Below are positions 1-9,866 of a stretch of 64,000 bases of DNA, one piece after another. The DNA lies in contig JBMOIJ010000005.1 of NCBI GenBank assembly GCA_049317385.1, positions 43,800 through 107,799 of the forward strand. The letters are read 5' to 3'. The position numbers and the translations under genes are program-made. Position 1 is the first letter of the stretch; every line of letters begins with the position of its first letter. This DNA is from Acidimicrobiia bacterium. GTDB taxonomy: Bacteria > Actinomycetota > Acidimicrobiia > IMCC26256 > JBMOIJ01. The notes under the pieces were generated by a model that worked only from the letters and a program-made list of their open reading frames with translations, did no database searches and was not told the origin of the DNA.

Positions 1-22
1 AAGGCAAGAACAAGCCAGAACA

Positions 23-1558
23 TCATCCACCAATTGCTTCGAGATCGACGGCAGGAGCAGGTTCGTGGGTCATGGTTTCGGCCGCATCGGAGTCGTGGAT
101 GAACAACGCGGCGATCGCCGCCAACATACCCAGCACCGCCGCTGCCAGAAACGTGCCACGGAACGCGCGCAATGCCGCACTTGCGGCGCCGACCGAGTCC
201 GCCGGGCTCATGCCGGCTGCATTGTTCGTGGTCAACGACGCCAGGATCGTACCGAGCACCGCGACACCAAGTGCCGCCCCAACCTGACGCTGCGTCGAGA
301 AGATGGCAGTGGCGCGGCCGGTGTCGGCCGGCGAGATTGTCGAGTAGGTCGCAGTCTGGAGGGGGACGAACGAACAGGCCATGCACATTCCGCGCACGAA
401 CATCAATCCGCGAATCACCCAGAGGCTGGTGGAAAGCGTGAGGAACCAGAATGCGCCCACGGTCAGCGACACGCCGATCATCCCGAAGAAGATGAGACGT
501 CGCGGACCCACCCGCGGGTAGATGCGCCCAATGACCTGCGACGCCGCGATGATGCCAATCGCTTGGGGGAACGTGGTGAGGCCCGATTCGAGTGCGCTGA
601 ACCCGCGGAGTTCCTGGAGGTAGAGCGGCAGCACGAACAGGAGGCCGGCGAAACCCATGAACGAGAGCAGGCCCACGATGTTGGCGCGTTGGAACATTCG
701 GTCGCGCAACAGGCGCAGTTGCAGCATCGGTTCGTCTTCGTGCAGTTCGAACCACACGAGCGCCGCGAGGGTGACCATTCCTCCGACCCCGGTGGAGATG
801 ACGATGGGACTGCCCCAACCCTGCGACGGTGCTTGTGACAGCGCATACAAGATGAGTGCCAGCCCCGCGCCGGAAAGGATGAATCCGGGGAAGTCGAACG
901 CGCCGGCCGTTGGCTCCTTGTGCTCGCGCAGGAACACGGCGCCGAAGACGAAGGCCACGATGCCGATGGGCAGGTTGACGAAGAAGATCCAGTGCCACGA
1001 GAGCTTGTCGATGAGGAAGCCGCCGAGCACCGGTCCGAGGGCGGGCGCCACGACGGCAGGCACGATCAGAATCGTCGACGCTTTCGCTCGCTCCGCCGGC
1101 TTGAACGCGCGGAAGAGCATGGCCGTTCCAACCGGAGTGAGCATGCCAGCGCCCACACCTTGCAGGACGCGGAACACCACGAGCTGGGGAAGCGTTTGCG
1201 CCAACCCACACAACACAGATGCCACGGTGAACGTGCCGAGGGCGAACAAGAACGTCTTCTTGGTGCCGAACCGGTCGCCGATCCACCCGCTGGCCGGAAT
1301 CCACACGGCGAGGCTGAGCAGGTACCCCGTGACCAGCCATTCGATTCCGGCGGTACCGCTGTTGAACTCGCGGGCGAGCGTGGGCAGCGCCACGTTCACG
1401 ATGGTGGTGTCCATGAGTTCCATGAACAGGCCGGCCACGAACACGGCCGCCACCACGTACTCATATCGCCAACGGTCACGTCGTCGCACCGTGCGTGCGG
1501 TATCGGGTGGCCCCGTGGGGGTTGGTCCCTGCTCGTCCGGGGGTGCGGGATCCGTCAC
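23..1558 (-). CDS. MFS transporter, DHA2 (EmrB/QacA-like) drug:H+ antiporter family
   Basis: 511-aa ORF, hydrophobic multi-TM throughout. The N-terminal region VALPTLAREF...GWIGDRFGTKKTF is typical of 14-TM DHA2 exporters. Confidence 0.85.
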   Translation of the reverse strand: MTDPAPPDEQGPTPTGPPDTARTVRRRDRWRYEYVVAAVFVAGLFMELMDTTIVNVALPTLAREFNSGTAGIEWLVTGYLLSLAVWIPASGWIGDRFGTKKTFLFALGTFTVASVLCGLAQTLPQLVVFRVLQGVGAGMLTPVGTAMLFRAFKPAERAKASTILIVPAVVAPALGPVLGGFLIDKLSWHWIFFVNLPIGIVAFVFGAVFLREHKEPTAGAFDFPGFILSGAGLALILYALSQAPSQGWGSPIVISTGVGGMVTLAALVWFELHEDEPMLQLRLLRDRMFQRANIVGLLSFMGFAGLLFVLPLYLQELRGFSALESGLTTFPQAIGIIAASQVIGRIYPRVGPRRLIFFGMIGVSLTVGAFWFLTLSTSLWVIRGLMFVRGMCMACSFVPLQTATYSTISPADTGRATAIFSTQRQVGAALGVAVLGTILASLTTNNAAGMSPADSVGAASAALRAFRGTFLAAAVLGMLAAIAALFIHDSDAAETMTHEPAPAVDLEAIGG

Positions 1559-1568
1559 TCGGGCGAGG

Positions 1569-2492
1569 CTAACGGTCGAGCGCGCGCACGAGCGCCGAGA
1601 TGATCTCGTTCACGAAGTCGTCGGCCTCGGGCAGGATCGGGGCCAGGTTTGCAGCGCCGTGAAAGAGGGTGTCGTCGTCGATGAGCGCGGTAGGCACTCC
1701 TGCAGCCGCCAGCCGGCGCGCGTACGCCACCCCTTGGTCGTGGAGCGGATCGATCCCGACCGTGGCCACCACTGCCGGCGGGAGCGACGCCAGTGATTCG
1801 GCACGCATTGGCGACGCGCGCACATGCATGCCGTGATGGTGGTCCTCGCCGAGGTAATGCGCCCAGTACCAGGCCATGTCGTCGCGCCCCAGCATCCCTG
1901 ACTTCGCGAACTCCCGCATCGACGCCGACTCGAACTCGTAGTCGGTGACGGGGTAGATGAGGAGCTGGGCCGCCAATTCGGGTGATCCGTGATCACGCGC
2001 CGTGAGCGCGCTGACCGCTGCGAGGTTGCCGCCGGCGCTGTCGCCGCCCACGGCAAGCGGCAGGCCGGCTCCATCGATCGCCTCACGATGCGTGTCGACC
2101 CACCGCAGTGCAGCATCCGCGTCGTCGGCCGCCGCCGGGAAATGGTGTTCGGGTGCCAAGCGGTAATCGACTGCCACGACGATGACGGGAGTCCGCAGGG
2201 CAATGCGGCGACAGAGATCGTCGTGGGACTCGAGGTCGCCGATGACCCAGCCGCCGCCATGGAAGTAGACGAGCACGGCAATCGGATCGTCGGGCGAATA
2301 CACGCGCGCGCTGAGCGAGCCATCTGGCGTGGGGATCGTGATGTCGGCGGTGGTCACAGGAAGCGGCGCGAACCGCAAGAGCTCGGTGCGAGCGCGCGCG
2401 CTCGTTACGTCACCGTCACGGCTCTTGGGCATGGCCGCAAGGACGTCGAGCAGCTGTTGCACTCGCTCGGGAACCACCCGTGGCTTCTCCAC
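1569..2492 (-). CDS. alpha/beta hydrolase, esterase/lipase (hormone-sensitive-lipase-like) family
   Basis: Lies in ORF 1569..2657. Has the HGGGW oxyanion-hole motif and the GDSAGGN nucleophile elbow. Start trimmed to GTG 2492 (ATG 2528 is an alternative) because the divergent SDR gene starts at 2527. Confidence 0.8.
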   Translation of the reverse strand: MEKPRVVPERVQQLLDVLAAMPKSRDGDVTSARARTELLRFAPLPVTTADITIPTPDGSLSARVYSPDDPIAVLVYFHGGGWVIGDLESHDDLCRRIALRTPVIVVAVDYRLAPEHHFPAAADDADAALRWVDTHREAIDGAGLPLAVGGDSAGGNLAAVSALTARDHGSPELAAQLLIYPVTDYEFESASMREFAKSGMLGRDDMAWYWAHYLGEDHHHGMHVRASPMRAESLASLPPAVVATVGIDPLHDQGVAYARRLAAAGVPTALIDDDTLFHGAANLAPILPEADDFVNEIISALVRALDR

Positions 2493-2526
2493 GACCGGCA
2501 CCGTAGTGCGCCCTAGATTGCAAACC

Positions 2527-3252
2527 ATGCCGAGCGCAGTGGTCACTGGGGGTGCGAGTGGGATCGGCGCCGCATGTGTGGCGATCCTGCAGGAAGACGG
2601 ATACCGGGTGGCCGTCATCGATCGCGAGTTGGCGCCGGCGGCCGACGTTGCCGTCACGGCCGACGTTGCCGACGAGGCGGCGATGGTCGACGCGGTGGTT
2701 CAGGCGGTGGGCGCGCTCGGCGCGCCGGCAATCGCGGTGCTTGCGGCAGGAGTGGGCGGATTCGGTCCCATCGTTGAACTCACCACGGCCGAGTGGGATC
2801 GCGTGATGACCGTCAATCTGCGCGGCGCGTTCGTGAGCATGCGCGAGATCGCAAAGGCAATGATCGCAGCCGATGCTCCGGGAAGCATCGTGGCGGTGTC
2901 ATCCGTTTCGGCCTGCACTGCCGATTCGGGCCTGGCGCACTACTGCGCATCCAAGGCGGGGCTCGACGCGCTCGTTGCCGTGGCGAGTCGCGAGCTCGGG
3001 CGGCATGGAATTCGGGTGAATGCGGTGGCGCCAGGCACGACCGACACGCCGATGTTCGCCGCCACCGACGTGAACCCTGGCTTCCGAGACCGAGTGGAAC
3101 GACGCACGGCACTGGGCCGCATTGGAACAGCCGACGACGTCGCCGAAGCAGTGATCGCGGTCGCGCACGCAACCTGGATCACCGGCCAGCGCGTCGTCGC
3201 CGATGGCGGGCTGTCGCGGTTCAGCCCGCTCGACCCACTCGACGCCGGATGA
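2527..3252 (+). CDS. SDR family oxidoreductase
   Basis: ATG 2527 inside ORF 2329..3252. TGGASGIG Rossmann motif and YCASK (YxxxK) catalytic motif. Confidence 0.85.
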   Translation: MPSAVVTGGASGIGAACVAILQEDGYRVAVIDRELAPAADVAVTADVADEAAMVDAVVQAVGALGAPAIAVLAAGVGGFGPIVELTTAEWDRVMTVNLRGAFVSMREIAKAMIAADAPGSIVAVSSVSACTADSGLAHYCASKAGLDALVAVASRELGRHGIRVNAVAPGTTDTPMFAATDVNPGFRDRVERRTALGRIGTADDVAEAVIAVAHATWITGQRVVADGGLSRFSPLDPLDAG

Positions 3253-3274
3253 CTCCGTCGGGCGGAGCAGCGTC

Positions 3275-3709
3275 GTGATCGCAGTGCACCACAGCGCCAT
3301 CTGCACGCGCGACCTCGAGGTGAGCCTCCGCTTCTGGCGTGACGGCATGGACCTTGCGGTGCTGATGGATCACGAGTTCGACGGCGACTGGCCCGCGCTC
3401 TTCGGTGCGCGTGGGACGCGTCTTCGAGCCGTGTTCCTCGGCGATCCCTCGCAGCCCGACACCGGCATCGTCGAATTGGTGTGGTTCCCCGACGGTATCG
3501 ATGACGGCGAACCGTCGTCGGTGCCCGCGACAGGGTTCTTCCTGCTGTCGTTGTACGTCGACGTCGAGTCGACGCTGGCGCGCCTTGCGGAACTCGGACT
3601 CGGGGGCGAGCCCACGCTCATCGAGCAGATGGGCGTGGCCATGGCTACGGTGCGCGACCCGAACGGTGTGCTGGTGGAATTGATCGACGGCGCGCGTGCC
3701 CGGCGATGA
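3275..3709 (+). CDS. VOC (glyoxalase/bleomycin-resistance/dioxygenase) family protein
   Basis: ORF 3203..3709 with the start set to GTG 3275, after the SDR stop. HHSAICTRDLEVSLRFW and VRDPNGVLVELI are typical VOC module ends. Confidence 0.75.
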   Translation: MIAVHHSAICTRDLEVSLRFWRDGMDLAVLMDHEFDGDWPALFGARGTRLRAVFLGDPSQPDTGIVELVWFPDGIDDGEPSSVPATGFFLLSLYVDVESTLARLAELGLGGEPTLIEQMGVAMATVRDPNGVLVELIDGARARR

Positions 3710-3738
3710 CCCCGGCGGAGACCGGCAGCTGTTTGCGC

Positions 3739-4500
3739 TCAGGCGCGCACGGCGTCGAGGAGTTCCTGGATCGGGCCCAGATCGAAGGGTGCTCGACACA
3801 TCACGATGATGTGATCGGCCCCGGCGTCGACGAATGCCGGCCAGTCATCGATGGCGTCGACATCGATGCCCACCGTGCGCTCGATCGCCTTGGGGTCGCG
3901 ACCAACGCGCTCGCACCACTCGGTGAGCACCGCGTTCTTGTGGGCGAAGTTCTCCGGCGGTCCGAAGCCGTTCCATTGATCGGCCTGTTCGGCGACGATC
4001 CGCAACGTGACCTTTTCGCCACCGCCCCCGATGAGGATGGGGATGGGGTGCGGCGGAGGCGGGTTGAGCTTGCCGAGACGCGCTTTGATGATCGGGAGGG
4101 CTTCGTCGAGTGCGCGCAAGCGCGAACCGGCGGTCCCGAACTCGTAGCCGTACTCGGTGTAGTCGCGTTCGAACCATCCGGAGCCGATGCCCAAGATGAA
4201 TCGCCCGCTCGACAGCAGGTCGATGTTGCGACTCATGTCGGCCAGCAGGTTGGGGTTGCGGTAGGTGTTGCAGGTGACCAGCGCGCCGATGTCGGCCCGT
4301 TCGGTTTCGACCGCCATTGCGGCCAACAGCGTGTACGCCTCGTAGTGCATGGCGTCGGGATCACCGTAGAGCGGGAAGAAGTGGTCCCAGATCCAAATGG
4401 AGTCGACACCCAGCGCGTCGGCGGCGCGCCATGCGGTGCGGAGGTCGGCCAACGGAGTGGCCTGCGGGTGGAGTTGCACTCCGACTTTGCACTTCGCCAT
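3739..4500 (-). CDS. LLM-class (luciferase-like) F420-dependent oxidoreductase
   Basis: 253 aa. KVGVQLHP N-terminus plus WIWDHF and GIGSGWFE motifs, characteristic of the F420-dependent luciferase-like subgroup. Confidence 0.7.
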   Translation of the reverse strand: MAKCKVGVQLHPQATPLADLRTAWRAADALGVDSIWIWDHFFPLYGDPDAMHYEAYTLLAAMAVETERADIGALVTCNTYRNPNLLADMSRNIDLLSSGRFILGIGSGWFERDYTEYGYEFGTAGSRLRALDEALPIIKARLGKLNPPPPHPIPILIGGGGEKVTLRIVAEQADQWNGFGPPENFAHKNAVLTEWCERVGRDPKAIERTVGIDVDAIDDWPAFVDAGADHIIVMCRAPFDLGPIQELLDAVRA

Positions 4501-4613
4501 GGGGGCTCCTTCGGAACAAACGGACGGGCCGGGTTGCGAGAGTAGGGTCGGCGCGTGGGCCGGGCGAGCATCTTCGCATCGGACCCGCAGCGACGCGGCT
4601 ACTGGGGGGAACC

Positions 4614-5444
4614 ATGGCGCTCGACGGATCGGTGCTCGGATACGAAGGCAAGAAGGTCGTCGTCACTGGCGCCGCGTCGGGAATGGGCGAGGCCGCGGCG
4701 CGGATCCTTGGGGAGCTCGGGGCCGAGGTGCACGCCATCGACATCAACGAACCTTCGCTCGACGGTGTCGTGTTCCATCGCACCGACCTCAAGGACCCGT
4801 CGGCCATCGAAGCCACGGTCGACGCCGTGAGCGCAGGGTCGCCGGTCGAGCGGCTGTTCAACTGTGCCGGTCTGGCGCAGACGTTCCCACCGGTCGACGT
4901 GATGCTCGTCAACTTCATCGGGATGCGCCACCTCACCGAGACGCTCGTTCCGCGTCTGCCCGACGGCGCCGCCATCGCCAACATCTCGTCGGGTGCGGGT
5001 ATTGGGTGGCAGATGAACATGGAGAACGTTGGCGCGCTGCTCGCGTGCGCGGAGCACTCGGCAGCCACGCAGTGGTGCGAGGAGCACCCCGTCGAGGTGC
5101 GGGAGGGGTACTCGTTCTCCAAGGAATGCATCATCGTGTGGACGCTCACGCGTGCGTACCAGCTTGCGGCGCGCCGCATCCGCGTGAACGCCATTGCGCC
5201 GGGACCGACCGACACCGGCATGATGCCGGCCATCGTCGCCGACATGGGCGAGGAGTACATGCACCGGTTCCCGAAGCCGCTCTACGGACGCAATGCCACC
5301 GCGGCGGAGCAGGCGTGGCCACTCGTGGTGCTCAACAGCGACGTCATGAACATCGTCACGGGCAATGTGGTCTGGACCGACCAGGGATTCTGGGGCGGCC
5401 TCATGACCGGCCAGATCGACGTGTCGATCCTCATGCCGCAGTAG
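4614..5444 (+). CDS. SDR family oxidoreductase
   Basis: ATG 4614 inside ORF 4317..5444. VVVTGAASGMG Rossmann motif and YSFSK catalytic motif. Confidence 0.8.
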   Translation: MALDGSVLGYEGKKVVVTGAASGMGEAAARILGELGAEVHAIDINEPSLDGVVFHRTDLKDPSAIEATVDAVSAGSPVERLFNCAGLAQTFPPVDVMLVNFIGMRHLTETLVPRLPDGAAIANISSGAGIGWQMNMENVGALLACAEHSAATQWCEEHPVEVREGYSFSKECIIVWTLTRAYQLAARRIRVNAIAPGPTDTGMMPAIVADMGEEYMHRFPKPLYGRNATAAEQAWPLVVLNSDVMNIVTGNVVWTDQGFWGGLMTGQIDVSILMPQ

Positions 5445-5456
5445 CGGCGCACTGCG

Positions 5457-6431
5457 CTAGCCGATGTAGGACTGCAGCCGAGCGATCGCGAATCCCTGCT
5501 CCTTGCAGCGCTCCACCACGACCTTGAGGTTGTCGAGGAGGTCGCTGCGCCAGTGCATGAGCAAGATGTCGCCGGGCTTCAACACGTTCTCGGCCAGATC
5601 GAGGCGCCCGTCGTTGGTAGCGCCTTTCCACATCACGATGGCTTTCATGCCGCACGATGCAGCAGTGGCGCGCACGCGGTCGTCATAGAGACCGTAGGGC
5701 GGGCGGAACAACGTGGGCCGCGCGCCGAACTGCTTCCCGTACGCATCGGCAACCTTGCAGATTTCGTTGTTCAGCTGGTTCCAGCTGAGCTTTCGTAGGT
5801 CGGGGTGCGTGGCCGTGTGCCCTTCGATGACGCCGCCTGCTGCGACGGCGTCCTTCCAGAAGCCTTCGCCGACACTGGCGAAGTTCTTGGTGAGGAAAAC
5901 GGTGAAGGGGATCTTGTTGGTGCGGAAGAACTCGAGGACTGCGGGATCGCGCACCATGCCGTCGTCGATACCGAGGAAGATCACCTTGTCGGTGGTGGGT
6001 ACACGCGACACCACCGGAGCCGCGCTGCCACCGGGGAGCTTGACCGTCGTCGATGGTGCCACTGCAGTGGCGAGCCCGCTCTCGCTTGCGGTGGTGGGCC
6101 CGCTCCCGCTGATGGTCGTTGCGATGTTGTCGTCGCCCACCATGGGCGATTGCTCGCCACGAGTGGCTGCGCCGGCTGCGGCAGTACGGGTCGCCTTTCG
6201 ATCCGGCACGGTGAGCGTGACCACGACCACGGCGATCGAGCCGATCACGACGAGCGCGAGCAGCATCGTCCACGCGCGTCGCGTGACCCCGGCGGATTCC
6301 TGCGGGTCGGCGATGACATCCAATGCGCTGGTCTCGCTCGTGGCGCCGGCATCGATGCGCTCGCCGTCGAACAACTCGACCCGCGTGGGGACGTGCTCCA
6401 GAGCGTTGGGAGTGCGCGCGTCGGTCGGCAT
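5457..6431 (-). CDS. polysaccharide deacetylase (NodB homology domain), membrane-anchored
   Basis: ORF 5457..6494 with the start set to ATG 6431. TM helix MLLALVVIGSIAVVVVTL. NodB motifs FLGIDDG, GHTATHPD and RPPYG. Confidence 0.8.
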   Translation of the reverse strand: MPTDARTPNALEHVPTRVELFDGERIDAGATSETSALDVIADPQESAGVTRRAWTMLLALVVIGSIAVVVVTLTVPDRKATRTAAAGAATRGEQSPMVGDDNIATTISGSGPTTASESGLATAVAPSTTVKLPGGSAAPVVSRVPTTDKVIFLGIDDGMVRDPAVLEFFRTNKIPFTVFLTKNFASVGEGFWKDAVAAGGVIEGHTATHPDLRKLSWNQLNNEICKVADAYGKQFGARPTLFRPPYGLYDDRVRATAASCGMKAIVMWKGATNDGRLDLAENVLKPGDILLMHWRSDLLDNLKVVVERCKEQGFAIARLQSYIG

Positions 6432-6498
6432 GCGCTGTCCAGGGTAGGGCGGGCACGGATTCCGATGCCGGATCACCGGCGAGGTTCGGCCCACGGGG

Positions 6499-6514
6499 CC
6501 CCGCCGGGGCGGGG
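6499..6514 (-). terminator. GC-rich hairpin downstream of metG (possible factor-independent terminator without a U-tract)
   Basis: CCCCGCCGGGGCGGGG is self-complementary (about 6 bp stem, 4-nt loop). It lies about 25 nt after the metG stop and has no T-run. Confidence 0.25.
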
Positions 6515-6536
6515 GTTCATGCGGGCGTGACGGGGG

Positions 6537-8216
6537 TCACGTGCCGAAGCGTTCGCTCCACGCTGCGATCTGTTCGTCGGTGACCTTCTCGAAGAGCACC
6601 GGCGGCACTGCGAAGCCGTGCGCCTCGGGCAGCGCCGTGAGTTCTTTGGCGGCATCGTGGGGCCACGATTCCAACCCGCGGTACGCCCCGAGAAAATCGA
6701 GCCCGTTGGCGGCGATGCGCGGCATCAACGGCGCGCTCAACACGAGGTCGAGTCGGGCCAGGTTGATGGCGGTACGCAGCGCAAGCGCGGCGGCGTCGCG
6801 ATCCTCTTTGATCCGTTCCCACGGCGCGGTGCGGTCCAGGTACTGGTTGCCGAGCGCCCAGATGGAGCGCAGCTCGTGTACGGCCTTGCGGAACTGCAGG
6901 GCGTTGAGGTGTGCAGTGTACGCCTCGAGACGCGCCTGGAGCTGCTCGGTGAGCCACGCTTCGTCGGCGCCCGGCGTACCGCCGCTGGGCACTTCGTCGC
7001 CGAACTTCGACGACGTGAAGCGCAATACGCGGTTGATGAAGTTGCCGAGGTTGCCTGCCAGGTCCTTGTTCACGGACGTGGCGAGGATCTCCCAGGTGAA
7101 GTTGGTGTCGTCGCTTTCGGGCGCGTTCGCCATGAGGACGTAGCGCCACACGTCGGCGGGCAGGAGTTCAAGCGCCGTGTCCATGAAGACGCCGCGGCCC
7201 TGGGAGGTGGAGAACTTTCCGCCGTACCAGTTGAGCCAATTGAAGCTCTTGATCTGGTCGACGAGCTTCCACGGTTCTTCGGAACCGATGATGGTGGCGG
7301 GGAAGCTCACGGTGTGGAATGGCACGTTGTCCTTGCCCATGAACTGCACGTACTCGACGTCATCGGCGTCGAGCCACCAGGTGCGCCAGTCGTGGAGCGG
7401 GTGCCGGGCGCCCCATTCAGCGGTGGCGCCGATGTAACCGATGGGCGCGTCGAACCAGACGTAGAAGACCTTGTCCTCGAAGCCGGGGAACGGTACGGGC
7501 ACGCCCCACTTGAGGTCGCGGGTGATGCCGCGGTCGGTGAGGCCCTCGTCCAGCCATTTGTACGCAATAGACTTGGTGAGTTGCGGCCACTCGGTGCGGG
7601 TGTCGACCCACGCGCGAATGCGGTCGGCCAACTTCGACTGCAACAGGAACAGATGCTTGCTCTCGCGCACCTCGAGGTTGGTGCTGCCGGACACGGCCGA
7701 GCGCGGGTTCACGAGGTCGGTGGGATCGAGCACGCGCGTGCAGTTCTCGCACTGGTCACCTCGTGCCCGCTCGTACCCGCAGTGCGGACACGTTCCCTCC
7801 ACGTACCGGTCGGGGAGGAAACGATCGTCGTCGACGGAGAAGATCTGTTTGGTGACGCGTTCTTCGAGGAAACCCTGCGCCATCAACGCGTTGGCGAAGT
7901 GCTGGGTGAGTTGGCGGTTCTCGGAACTCGATGTGCGCCCGAACTGATCCCACGCCAAACCCCACCGCTCGCCCAGTCGCTTCTGGATCTCGTGTTGCTC
8001 GGCGCAGTAGGTCTCGACGGATTGGCGCGCAGCCAACGCCGCCAGCTCCGCAGGGGTGCCGTGCTCGTCGGTGGCGCAGATGGCGAGGACCTCGTCGCCC
8101 CGTTGGCGTAGGTACCGGGCGTACACATCCGCGGGCAGCATCGACCCGACGAGGTTGCCGAGGTGCTTGACCCCGTTGATGTAGGGGAGCGCGCTCGTGA
8201 CGAGGTACCGGGTCAT
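6537..8216 (-). CDS. metG: methionine--tRNA ligase
   Basis: 559 aa. Class I aaRS motifs [11 protein letters not shown] (HIGH-type) and KFSTSQG (KMSKS-type), plus the Zn knuckle [17 protein letters not shown]. Confidence 0.95.
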   Translation of the reverse strand: MTRYLVTSALPYINGVKHLGNLVGSMLPADVYARYLRQRGDEVLAICATDEHGTPAELAALAARQSVETYCAEQHEIQKRLGERWGLAWDQFGRTSSSENRQLTQHFANALMAQGFLEERVTKQIFSVDDDRFLPDRYVEGTCPHCGYERARGDQCENCTRVLDPTDLVNPRSAVSGSTNLEVRESKHLFLLQSKLADRIRAWVDTRTEWPQLTKSIAYKWLDEGLTDRGITRDLKWGVPVPFPGFEDKVFYVWFDAPIGYIGATAEWGARHPLHDWRTWWLDADDVEYVQFMGKDNVPFHTVSFPATIIGSEEPWKLVDQIKSFNWLNWYGGKFSTSQGRGVFMDTALELLPADVWRYVLMANAPESDDTNFTWEILATSVNKDLAGNLGNFINRVLRFTSSKFGDEVPSGGTPGADEAWLTEQLQARLEAYTAHLNALQFRKAVHELRSIWALGNQYLDRTAPWERIKEDRDAAALALRTAINLARLDLVLSAPLMPRIAANGLDFLGAYRGLESWPHDAAKELTALPEAHGFAVPPVLFEKVTDEQIAAWSERFGT

Positions 8217-8333
8217 AGGGGCCCGAGGCTAAACAATGCGGCCCCTTGCACCGGCGACTGTTCGAAGGCCTCGAATGCGAGCGCGCGATGGCGCGGCGGC
8301 GGTTGAATGACTGCGACGAGGAGGGCGCATCCG

Positions 8334-8558
8334 ATGACGACGCACGAAGCCGAGAGCGCACTGCGTACCGAGGTCTACGACCTGGTGCAGATCTTGCAGC
8401 AGAAGGCCGACGAGGCCGTCCGCTACCGCACGTTTGCGGGGGATGCCCGGGCGGCCGGCGACCAAGAACTGTCCACTTGGTTCGAGGAACTCGCGGCGGC
8501 CGACGATCGCATCGTGGCCCGGGCTCGGGAGCTGGCCCGAGCTCGGGTGCACGGATAA
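8334..8558 (+). CDS. hypothetical small helical protein (74 aa)
   Basis: ATG 8334 is preceded by GAGGAGGG 6 nt upstream, inside ORF 8307..8558. No family recognised. Confidence 0.45.
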   Translation: MTTHEAESALRTEVYDLVQILQQKADEAVRYRTFAGDARAAGDQELSTWFEELAAADDRIVARARELARARVHG

Positions 8559-8572
8559 TTTGGCATAATTAC

Positions 8573-8601
8573 TTGCGAACTGTCTGAATAGGACGTATTT
8601 T
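8573..8601 (+). promoter_or_regulatory. sigma-70/HrdB-type promoter: -35 TTGCGA, 17-nt spacer, -10 TATTTT; predicts a leaderless transcript
   Basis: Read directly: TTGCGA 8573-8578 and TATTTT 8596-8601. The A of ATG 8608 lies 7 nt after the -10 element. The promoter sits in the only strongly AT-rich stretch of this region (8551-8610). Confidence 0.45.
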
Positions 8602-8607
8602 CGCGAA

Positions 8608-9069
8608 ATGCCAGGACAGAACGGCGGGACGCGGATTGCCCCGCAACCAGGCCAGGGCCTCAGCGAGGCCCAGGAGCTCCACATTCGGCGGTTGCTCGGA
8701 CGCGCTGCCCAGTTGGACCATGAGGCCGAGCAGCTCCATGCCCTGGCGGCCGAGTGCGCCGCCGCCATCGATCAGTGTCAGGAACTCTTCCGGGCGATGA
8801 CCGAGCCGGCCGTGCTGGCCCGCGCCATGGAGTCCGAGTGCCAGACCCTGAGCGGGACCGGCGAGGCGGGTACCGCGCTCGTCGGACTCGCCGAACGTGC
8901 CGCCTTGCGCGTCGGGCAAGGAACGAGCTCGACCGGCGACTGGGCCACGCGCCAGATCGCCGCCCTCGCCGATGCGCGAGGCGCCGCGCTGGCTCGGGCC
9001 CGTCGCGCCGCCAGCTTGGCCAGCGACCGCCGACGCAAGGCCGCCGCGATCGAGGCCCGGAACTCATGA
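8608..9069 (+). CDS. hypothetical coiled-coil protein (153 aa)
   Basis: ORF with an ATG at the predicted transcription start. Ala/Glu/Leu/Arg-rich heptad-like sequence. Its stop overlaps the next start (ATGA at 9066-9069). Confidence 0.55.
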   Translation: MPGQNGGTRIAPQPGQGLSEAQELHIRRLLGRAAQLDHEAEQLHALAAECAAAIDQCQELFRAMTEPAVLARAMESECQTLSGTGEAGTALVGLAERAALRVGQGTSSTGDWATRQIAALADARGAALARARRAASLASDRRRKAAAIEARNS

Positions 9070-9860
9070 GCTCGGTCGTCGTCGATGCCGCCAAGATCGT
9101 CACCGCCGCAGGAGCAATGCACGCCTACGCGCCCGTCGCCGCCAAGGCAGCGAATGCCACCGACGCTACGTACCAAGCGGTGTCGAATTCGCCGGCGTTC
9201 GCGCGTGCTGCCGCGCTGGGCATTCGGCTCGACCGAGTGCCAATCGAAGACGACCCCGTGGGCAAGTTCCGCGCCGCGGTCGGGATGTGTGAAGACGGCG
9301 CAGGGGTTGCCAACGCGTTCTTGGGCACGATGGAGGTGAGTGACCGTCGGGCCGCGTTGTACCTTGCGGCAGCCGGCGCCAGCGAGATGCTTGCGCGCAT
9401 GCACCTTCCGGCTCCGCCCACGCCGCTGGCCGTTTCGATTGGCGCCCCCGACGTCAACGACATGCTCAATCGTGCGCTGGCGCAGTCGGGAAAGCAGTAC
9501 ATCCTCGGCGTCAGCACCGACGACAACGATCCCGACCCACCGGCATTCGACTGCGCCGAACTCGTGCGGTGGGCGGCCCACCAGTCGGGCGTCGACCTCC
9601 AGGGTGACTGGAGTTGGACCGGCAGCCAGTACGAGCAGCTGCGGTCCCAAGGTTCACTCATCTCGGTCGACGATGCATTGCGCACGCCCGGCGCGTTGCT
9701 CTATCGGGACCCTGGGAGCACCCATGGCCACGTCGCCATCAGCTTGGGCGATGGTCGCGTCGTGGAAGCCCGGGGCAAGGACTACGGCGTTGGCGTCTGG
9801 TCGGCCACCGAAGGCCGGCGCTGGACTGCCGGCGCGCTTGTTCCAGGGCTTACGTACTGA
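9066..9860 (+). CDS. NlpC/P60 (C40) family peptidoglycan hydrolase with an N-terminal helical domain and no signal peptide
   Basis: ATG 9066 inside ORF 8754..9860. C-terminal catalytic motifs: FDCAELVRWAAHQSG (Cys) and GHVAISLGDGRVVEA (His). The N-terminal ~150 aa are Ala-rich and lack a Sec/Tat/lipobox signal. Confidence 0.75.
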   Translation: MSSVVVDAAKIVTAAGAMHAYAPVAAKAANATDATYQAVSNSPAFARAAALGIRLDRVPIEDDPVGKFRAAVGMCEDGAGVANAFLGTMEVSDRRAALYLAAAGASEMLARMHLPAPPTPLAVSIGAPDVNDMLNRALAQSGKQYILGVSTDDNDPDPPAFDCAELVRWAAHQSGVDLQGDWSWTGSQYEQLRSQGSLISVDDALRTPGALLYRDPGSTHGHVAISLGDGRVVEARGKDYGVGVWSATEGRRWTAGALVPGLTY

Positions 9861-9866
9861 GCGGAA

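Noticed and set aside
6618-8111. A 497-aa plus-strand ORF.
   Set aside because: It is antisense to metG, whose identity is unambiguous.
8217-8333. A possible T-box or other leader RNA upstream of metG.
   Set aside because: The gap is only about 90-117 nt and is shared with a divergent gene. I could find no specifier or T-box-like conserved sequence and no extended stem architecture.
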